Shown piece after piece: positions 20,801 to 29,800 of a stretch of 64,000 nt of DNA. Under the pieces are notes generated by a model. That model searched no databases. It worked only from the letters and a program-made list of their open reading frames with translations, and was not told where the DNA came from. Positions within the stretch are counted from its first letter, which is position 1, and each line of letters opens with the position of its first letter. The DNA lies in assembly GCA_963666365.2 (NCBI GenBank), contig CAXXNF010000002.1:2336001-2400000 (forward strand), given 5' to 3'. Source of the DNA: Syntrophales bacterium (GTDB lineage Bacteria > Desulfobacterota > Syntrophia > Syntrophales > UBA2210). Position numbers and translations under genes: made by a program.

Positions 20801-23800
20801 GTCTCCCCTGAGATTGTTGACCGCCGTCAAGTCTCCGTACCCGCCGTAGGAATAGAGTATCCGGCCGCCTGCGGGGTCGGTGATGGCGGTGATTCTCCCC
20901 TCGGCATCCCGCTCGATCGCGATACGGCTTCCATCGGCGGCGAATATGCCGGCGGAGGTCACTACCACGCTGTCGCCGTCGGCATCCGTAAGCCCACGGA
21001 GGGCGCCGTTCCCGTCGTAGACATAGCAGACACCATCGGATGCCGTCAGTGTGAAGGCCTCTTCGCCGAACCCGGTCATATCGGCCGGGTTGTAAGGGAT
21101 GCCCGTTCCGCGCTCATAGAACATACCGGCGGCCTTCTCAAGCAGCGCCCCGCTCGTGTGCAGGGTCCAGGCCACCCCGTCATCGGGTGTCCACGCGGGT
21201 TGATACCAGGTCACCCCTCCCTGCTCCACCGGCAGGGGCGTGAAGGTGAAACCGGCGGACGCGCCGTCCGGAAGGGTCACGTAGAGCCGCGTCCCCTCGC
21301 CGTATCCGGCAAAGATGCCGATGGCCTCTTTCCCCGTGGGCTTCACATTGCTGGTGGCGCGCAGTTCGAATCCGGGGAACAGCCATCCGTATCCGAAGTC
21401 GCCCTTTACGCCGGCGGAGAACGACCGATAGACCCGTTCCAGATGAATCGCGACCCCGCCCAGCGTCATTTCCAGATCCACAGAGGAATCGGTGAACAGG
21501 CCGGTTTTTGCGGACGAGGAGATTTCCACCATCCGGGTCACTGTGGCGCTGCGGCCGCCGATATCACGGGCAGTCAGGCGCAGTTCATAGGCACCGTCCG
21601 GAAGCAGTGCGGCCGAGAGCGTTCCCAGGACGGATCGATCGACGCTTCCATAGCCCCGTCCCAGCGTATACACTTCAGAGGTCCCCAGGGCATGCAGAGA
21701 GAGCGCCCACTGGTCGAGATTCACGTCGGCAACGGCGCCGATTACTTCCACAACACCGGAGATCATCGCGGCATTATGCGGCGTGATCAGCGACACTGCA
21801 GGGGCGTTCACATCCTGCGGGTCGCGCACCTTGATTACCGTTTCCGCCGATGCGGTGGTTCCGTCCACATCAGTCGCCTCCACCGTCACTATGAAACGCC
21901 CCGGGGCTGCGGGAATGAACCAGGCCCGGTTGTAGCGGTCCAGAGACAGCTCTTTCCCGTCCACAAGGACCCTGAGGGATGCCACATCGGCGATACCCTC
22001 GGCTGCCCCGTGGATGATCACGGACTGCCCCGGATTCACCGGGAAGCCGGGGGTCAGTTCCAATATCACCGAGGGCGGAACGGGATCGAAAGACACCTCG
22101 AGGCGGACCGAGGCGCTGGCCGAAAGCTCACCATCGCTCACGGTGAAACGCAGATCGTGCCGTCCTGTCTGGGTGGCCAGCGGCGTCCAGGTCAATGTAC
22201 CTGTGGCTGCATCGAAGACCGCACCGGAGGGAAGATTTTCCACCGAGTAGGTAAGCGCCGCACCGGCATCGGGATCCGATCCGGGAACGGTCATGCTAAA
22301 GGGGCTGTCCACCAGGAGCACGTGTCCGCTCATATGCCCGATCACCGGGGCGCGGTTGACATTTGTCACCTCCACGCTGACGTCGTAGTAATCGGTCAGA
22401 CCGCCGGGGTCCCTCGCCACGAACCGGAAGATGTACAGACCGGCCTGATCGTAGCCTGGGGTCCACTGCATCATGGCCGCTTTGGCGTCGAAAACGGCGC
22501 CTGCCGGTATCGTCGATGAAACTCCGTCGCGGGTCACGCTTGCGATGGAATAGACCAGCGGGTCATTGTCAAGATCCCCCGCCTGCACCATAAACTGGAG
22601 CAGTGTTCCCTCCAGCGTGAGCTGCTTCCGCACCGGCACGAACTCCGGCGCCCGGTTCGTGTTGGCGACCGTGATGGTCACATCCTGACCGCTTGCGGCG
22701 GAACCGTCGGAAACCAGGAGACTTACTTTGTACGTTCCGGCCTGATCGTACCCCGGCGTCCAGGAAAAGACACCGGTGGCGGCGTCGAGCAGAGCCCCTC
22801 TCGGAAGTCCCGTCGCGGCAAAGTGTACCGGATCACCGTCATTATCGAGGTACCCCACCGTAAAGGTCAGTGCCGTGCCTTCGGCCGTCGTCTTATTCCC
22901 CATGGGGAGCAGCAGCGGGGCGGCGTTGTCGGTGCGCACGGCAATGGTGAAGGTTACACTGTCGGACAGCGCCAGTGCCGGATCGCCGTTTCCGCTGTCG
23001 GTAACCGTAACGGTTACCGTGTAATTGCCGGCCTGCAATGCTTCTGGCGTCCAGCTGATGCGGGCGCGCCCGTAGATGTTTTCCTGAACAACGGACACCC
23101 CCGCGGGAAGTCCCGTTGCCGTGAACACGAGGGGATCCTCGTCCAGATCCCGCGCGCGGAGGGAAAGTGTGAAGGCGTCGCCGATTTTCGCGACATAGCC
23201 TGACGCAACGGGGTCAAGCACCGGCGCGGCGTTGGGCGCGATCACCGTAAGCACAAAGGTCATCGTGCCGGTCAGCGCCGCCTTGGGATTGCCGTTGCCG
23301 TCGTCGGTGGCGCGTATCGTAAAGGTCTGATCTCCCCTGTCGGTAGTGACGGTGGGGTTGACGTGCAGAATACCGGTCCCGTCGCCGTTGTCCGTGAAGG
23401 TCGCCCAACCGGGGATGCCGTAGCCCGGCAGTCCGCCCACGGTCAGCGTGATCGGAGACCCGTCGGGATCGACGGCGCTCACCAGATAATCGAAACTTTC
23501 TCCCACCAGCATCGCGTCGTTTTCAATGGGTGCAACCACCGGTGTTGCATTCAGATCCCTCACCGTGATGGTAAGCCTCCCCGTGGCCGTGGTGGCAATG
23601 CCGGTCCCGTCACCGTCGTCGGTAACCGTGAAATCTACATAGTAGGTCCCCGCCTGATCATAGCCGGGCGTCCAGATGAAGGTCTGCCCATCCTCGGAAA
23701 ACTGCGCGCCCTCGGGCAGTGAGTAGGTCCAGATAAGTTCGGGCAGGAGCACGTCCGCATCCATGGTACCGTCGGGGAGCATCACCCCCACGCCCCGCGG

Positions 23801-26800
23801 ATTGTCGGGATCAACGGCGTTTATCTGCACCGTCAGGGTCTGCCCCTCGAATATTTCCCAGGCGCCGACCCCTTCGATGCGCATGGGGCCGTTGGCGTTC
23901 AGCACGGTCACGGTCATGGAACGGGATGCGGTTGCCTTGCCGTCGCTTACCGCAAAGGTAAGCACGTATATGCCGTGTTCATCATATTCGGGGGTCCAGG
24001 TAAATTCTCCCGTTACCGGATTGAGTGCGCCCCCCCCGGGCAACCCTGTCCCGCGGTAGGAGAGGCTGTCGCCGTCGGCATCGCTCCCCAGGAGACGCAC
24101 CACAAGCGTCTGGCCTTCCTGCAGGGTGCGATCCATGAGCGGTGCAAGTTCAGGGGCCTGATTTTTATTCACCACCAGGATTTCGAAGGATTGCCATGCA
24201 ACGCTGATACCGTCGCTCGCATAGACCCGCACATCGGGATAGCGCCCCGCCGAAGTGCCGTCGGTCTGCCATCGAAGCACCTGGCTTGCGGAATCAAACA
24301 CCGCCCCCGGAGGCAGGTGGTCCGCCCAGTAGAAGAGGGCATTCCCATCGCTGTCGCTCGCCCCTACCGGCAGTTCCAGAAGGTCCCCTTCGGTCAGGGA
24401 CTGGTCGGCCACGGGCAGCATCACCGGAGGCGCATTGACGCCGCTCACCTCCACCTGCCAGGTCTGCACGGCGAAGCCGCCCCGCGGATCGAAGACCCGG
24501 GCCTCGAACAGAGCGGAGGCCGGTGATCCGACGCCGGGAGTCCAGGTAAGCAGCCCCGTGGAGGCGTTCAGAACGGCGCCGGCAGGGGCCTGCACCAGCA
24601 GGAAGGAAACCTCGCCGTTTTCGGGATCCGAGGCAACCATCTGATAGCTGTATGCAGCATCAACCGTCGCGGTGAGGCCTGGTGTGGACGACACCACGGG
24701 CGCCTCATTCATTCCCACATCCACATTCACCCGGCTGAGCAGCGCAAAGGGCAGGTGATCGGGATTATAGACCCGCACGGTCAGGATGTCGGTTGATTCG
24801 CCGGGTGCAAGCCGTCCCTCGCCCTGCGCCGTCAGTTCCCGGTACCCGTATCCTTCGTCGGTGACGCCGTCGGGATCGAGAAGCACCGCCGTGACGTCCG
24901 AAAGACCGGTAAAGATAATTCTGAAGGGCGCCAGGACATCGAAATCGAGCGAGTTGACAATGTGTACATCAAAGGAAAACGTGTCGGTGCTTCGGTTGAA
25001 CCGTGTATTTTCAAAGACGGGCGCAAGCGTCGCCGTCACATCCACCATCACGGTGAATTCCGCGTTCACCGGCTCTGCGAGTGCAAGGCCCATGGCGCTT
25101 CGGATACCCGCGAGCACCGTCACATCATAGACACCCGCGGGGAGGGCCTCGAACTGTATCGTGGCGGTGCGCTCGGTGGAATCGTATGACACCTGACTGA
25201 TGGATATTTCTCTCCCCGCTGCGCTCACCAGCCGGTAATAGGCAGGGTTCATCGCCGACCCGGTTCCCCCGGCCCCGCCGTTGAACATGTCCATATCGAA
25301 CCGCACCGTGACGCTGTTCACCACCGGCAGCAGCGTGCTCCCGTCCACGGGCCACAGTGCCAGCACCGCCGGAGGAGTGATGGGGGCGAGGATCTCCACC
25401 TGTGAACTTTCAGCGATGTACAGTCTTCCGTCGGGTCCCACATCCATAAAGCCGCTCCGGGCGCCACCTTCAGCGATTCTCACCCGCTTGAGCGTGACCA
25501 TGTCCACCATGGTCAGGAATCCCGCATCCCCGTGGCTCACCACAAGGAGGTTTTCCAGTGCGGTTCCGGCCTGTCCGAAGGCGATCCCCAGAGCCGGGGC
25601 GTCGGGGATAAGGAAGATCTCCGCGTTTCCGCGGTTGTCAAACCGGAGGACGTATCCGTCATCAGGCCATGACGTTCCGTAGAGCGTCCCTTCTTCATCG
25701 AAGGCAAGACTGTGCACGCGGGTCGATGAAAACTGCGAGAATGTGCCCAGATCGGGATCGAACGTGGCGATTCCTTCACCGGTTGCCAGGTAGAGCGTGC
25801 CCGAATCGGGATGGACGGCCATTCCAAGCTGCACGCCGGTCCCGTAACGGGCGAGCACGGCGCCCCTATCCGGATCTATTCTGAGAAGGGCCCCGCCACC
25901 GGTAGTCGCCCAGAGCCTGCCGGCCTGGTCGAAGACCATGTCGTAAACCGGCACATCAAGCGTTACCAAAGGTGTGTCCGCTGCGCCACCGCCGGCGCCG
26001 AACCGCCAGATCTGGTTGCGTCCTTCTCCTCCACTCACAAAGACGGCACTGCCGTCGGGGCTGAAGGCGATGCCGACAGGCCCGATACCGGCGCCGGACT
26101 GGGCAAAACCCGTGGCAAAGACACTCACGGTAAAGGGCTCATAGACCCGCGTGAATGATGACGAGATGCCTCCAGGCATACCGGCGGGCACCTGATCCAG
26201 GGCCTGGAGGAACAGCGGGTTGGTCACCGGGACCGCCGGCGGGGTGACTATGGTCACTCGCGTTCCGGCTGCAAGTTGAGACTCCGTGGGAGCGACGCCC
26301 AGATTGACGCCGGGATTGTAGGCCGGCAGTATAACTCCGTCCGGCGCCGATTCCACGTTTCCGGCATTATCGGCGGAAAGGACGATGAATTCCGCCGTGG
26401 CGCCCGGCGCTGTCGCATAGGTGACCGTAGTCTCGGTGATACGCCGCTGCCAGGCCTTCCAGGCCCCGTCGCCTTCACGCACATAGACGGTGTAGTCCTT
26501 CACTCCCGAACCTTCCACGTCATCAACACCTGTGAAGGTAATCCGGTAGGTAGTGGCTCCGCTGGATCCGATCCCCAGACTCTTGACCTCAACGGTGGTC
26601 GTAGGGGCGGTCATGTCCAGGGTGCCGGTCTGTGTATTGGTATCGAGCGGGGTGCCGCCGTCATAGATCACACGGGCGGACGCATCAACAGTCAAACCGG
26701 TGACCATATTCTTGCCCTCGGTGTACACCGGCCAGGGTTTGATATAGTAACTGAGTCGACCCAGCTGCGCACGGTCCGTATTGGGCAGCAGAAGCCCGCG

Positions 26801-29800
26801 ATCGGGATCGCTGATCACCAGACCCGTCTCCGGATCGAGGGCGGTAAAGGTCCAGAGCGCGATACCGCTCATCACGTCCACACCCGCCGTCACCTGCAGC
26901 ATGAACCCTTTTTCTTCGACAAAATCGAAGAGACCGCTGAAGGATGCCTGGTTATCGGGCAGATGAAGCTGGATATCCCCGAGCGACACCTCACCCAGCA
27001 GGAAGCTTCGCACATCCAGATCATCATCCAGATCCACGTAAATCTGTATCCTGTTCACCGCCGCGTTGCTTTCAGCCGAATTCTCGAACTGAATGGTGTA
27101 GGGCAGGTACATATCGGCGGGCAGGAAGTTATCAGGCCCGTACCCGGCCGGTCCCACCATGCGCACCAGATCGGACCGGTCCCCGGTGATGCCGAAGAAA
27201 TCGCTCAGATTCGGATCCTTTACGGCCGCCTTTTCAACTTCGATCCCCGTTCCGGCCTGCACCCAGAACGACTCAAAGTGGGTCTCGTTCGTCAGCCCGA
27301 GATCGAAATTGGCGGCATCGGGAAGGGTGTCCTTCGGAAAGCGCCCTGAATCCTCATGCCCGTACCATTTGCGCACCTGAGCGAAGAACCCGGTCAAGTC
27401 TCCCTCGTCGATGATATCACCCTGGGTATCGATCCCCAGGAGACCGGCAGTGGCGATGGACACCAGGCTCGAGACGGTCGGCAACAGGTGCACCTCGGGG
27501 GGCACGTCTTCCGGCCGAAGCTGCCCGGCGTCCTCCAGTCCCATGAGGTACAGTGCCGCCCAGACCTCGGAATCGGCTGCCGCCTCTACCAGCACCCGGG
27601 GCGCCGCCGGGTCGTCCAGAACGGCCACCCGCAGCTTCTCTGCGACGCCTCTCTGATAGGCGACATATTCCGCAGCCGTCATCGGTGTAGCGGCGGCGGC
27701 AATGTAGAATTTGAAGGCAAACCCCTCATAGGGCCACTGCGGATCCACATCGGGATCACGGAGGTCTTTCAGGGCATTGGGATCCTTTTTCAATATGTCC
27801 CGCATCTCCGGGTAGAGATCGGCGGTAAAGGTAAGCCCCATATACCCCTGATTGATGAAATCGAAGGTAAAGCCGGAGGCCATCAGCATACCGTTCAGGT
27901 TGAGAACGGAATCAAGTTCCGCCCAGGGCACCCCTTCCACTTCGGGGAATCCGCTCAGGTTGGTCCGGAAAATGAGGTTGTCCCCCACCGACCAGACCTC
28001 TTCCTCACCGGCGTACCATTCCCCTTCGTCGCTCATCTTGACCTGGACGTATTCATACCAGTCGGCGTCGTTCATCACATAGGGCATGGAGAACTCGAAG
28101 TGGACGTAGGGAATGTCCACATTGGTGAGACTGTACACGCCGAACCCATACCAGCCCACATCGCCGTATTCCAGTTCCTTCGGTCCCCCGAGACCGACGG
28201 TAAGGGAAAGGGGTTCCGCTTCCTCAATCAGGTAACGGTAGGGGATGCGCGCCCTTTCTCCGTCCGGGTTTATCACTTCCACATCATAGAGCCCCTGGGG
28301 CGCGCCGGTGAGATCGAAGACGGCCACGATGCGCGTGGCATTCACGATTTCATAGTTTACGGCCTCGTATTCTGCGATCTGTGGCCGTATCAGCTTCACG
28401 ATGGCGCTGTTGGAGAAGCGGGCGCCACGCACCTCCATGGTGACATAGCGGGAATCGCCGCCGTTATCGGGCTTTACGTCGGTAATACAGAAAGGGAGAA
28501 GCTCCGCAGTGATCGTCACCTCGGAAGAAAGGGTTTCCTCTCCGGGGGTGAATTCACGGGCCGCGTCCTGCCACCCCGCGCTTCGGACCAGGATATAATA
28601 GTGCCCGGCCTCGGTCATGGGCACCAGAGCCGTCTGATCGCTCCAGAGATGCCCCTCGAATTTGCCGTCGTAGTAAATGGAATTAGGCAGCCCCTCGTAG
28701 CGTACATAGAGCTCGTTGGCGATAGTCTTGTCCTCGGCGGTAAGTGTCACCTTCAGCGTCTCTCCGGCGGGAACGACAATCTCGTAAAGCAGTTCACGCC
28801 CCACCGTGAGGGTATCGGTAAAAGGAACTTCGAGCTGAAGGGTGTCAATGGATACCTCCACGGTATCGGCCGATGCAAGCTTGTTGTTGGCGTTGTTTGC
28901 CCCCTCGTTGATGTCGTCAAAGATGTCCGCGCGCACGATGACCCGGTAATCGCCGGGCAGCACCGTGGGAAGGAGGGCCGTCAAGGTGGCAGTATAGCTT
29001 TCGCCGGGGGCCAGATCCCTGTATATGGGGCGCATCTCGCCGGGGCGGTCCGGATCGGGTTCCAACTCCACGCGGCCGATAAGCTTATCGCCCAGATCCC
29101 AGATACCGTCAGCCGAGAGATATAATGCATCCGCCCAGTACCCTTTGGCGTGCTCGTTATTGTCGGTGGCGTTTTTGACCGAGTAGTTGATGGTGGTCCA
29201 GTCGTTGACTGCTCCTTCCTCAGGGACGGTAATGAACTCGACCACCAGATCCGTCGGGGGCGCCAGATCGATAATCATGGCTGTGGCGGCGGCGCCGGCG
29301 TTATTCCCTTCGTTGGCCCCTTCGTACACAAAGCCGTAAGGATTCGTGGCGTTGGGCACATCGGTAAGTACGAATACGTAGTAGGGCCCAAGAATCCCTC
29401 TGGGAACGGTGAAACTCTCGGTGACATTGTAGGAGGCGCCGGCCGCCAGGGCGCCTTTGTGCACCACCTGTCCCAGAAAGTGGTCGCTCTTCACATCCAG
29501 GAAACGGTCGCGGGAGAGGAAGATGTAATCGGACCAGGTGTTCTGGCGATCGGGGATCGCTCCCACCGAGTCATTGGTGACCGTGTAGGACACATCGAAG
29601 GTTCTCCCCGTAATCGCATGGCCCTCAGCGGCATCCTCGTTCCCCACGAAGGTTACCGAGGAGACTTTCAGATCGGGAGAATCGACCAGTGTCACCTGCA
29701 GAGATGTGGCGATGATGTTGTTCCCCTCATCGGCGAATTCCTTCACCTGCCCCATCAGATTCCATTCCGTTGCCGGCCAGGGCGGATCAATGCGATAGGA

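Noticed and set aside
20680..21480. Classical RHS polymorphic toxin with immunity gene
   Set aside because: Too few YD units, no PxxxxDPxG core motif, and the downstream gene is a large secreted Ig protein rather than a small immunity gene.
19847..22519. 890-aa plus-strand ORF, and similar long ORFs at 17540-19108, 27356-29125, 33333-35207 and 36642-39080
   Set aside because: Antisense shadows of the GC-rich giant gene; His/Arg/Gly-rich translations with no recognisable motifs.
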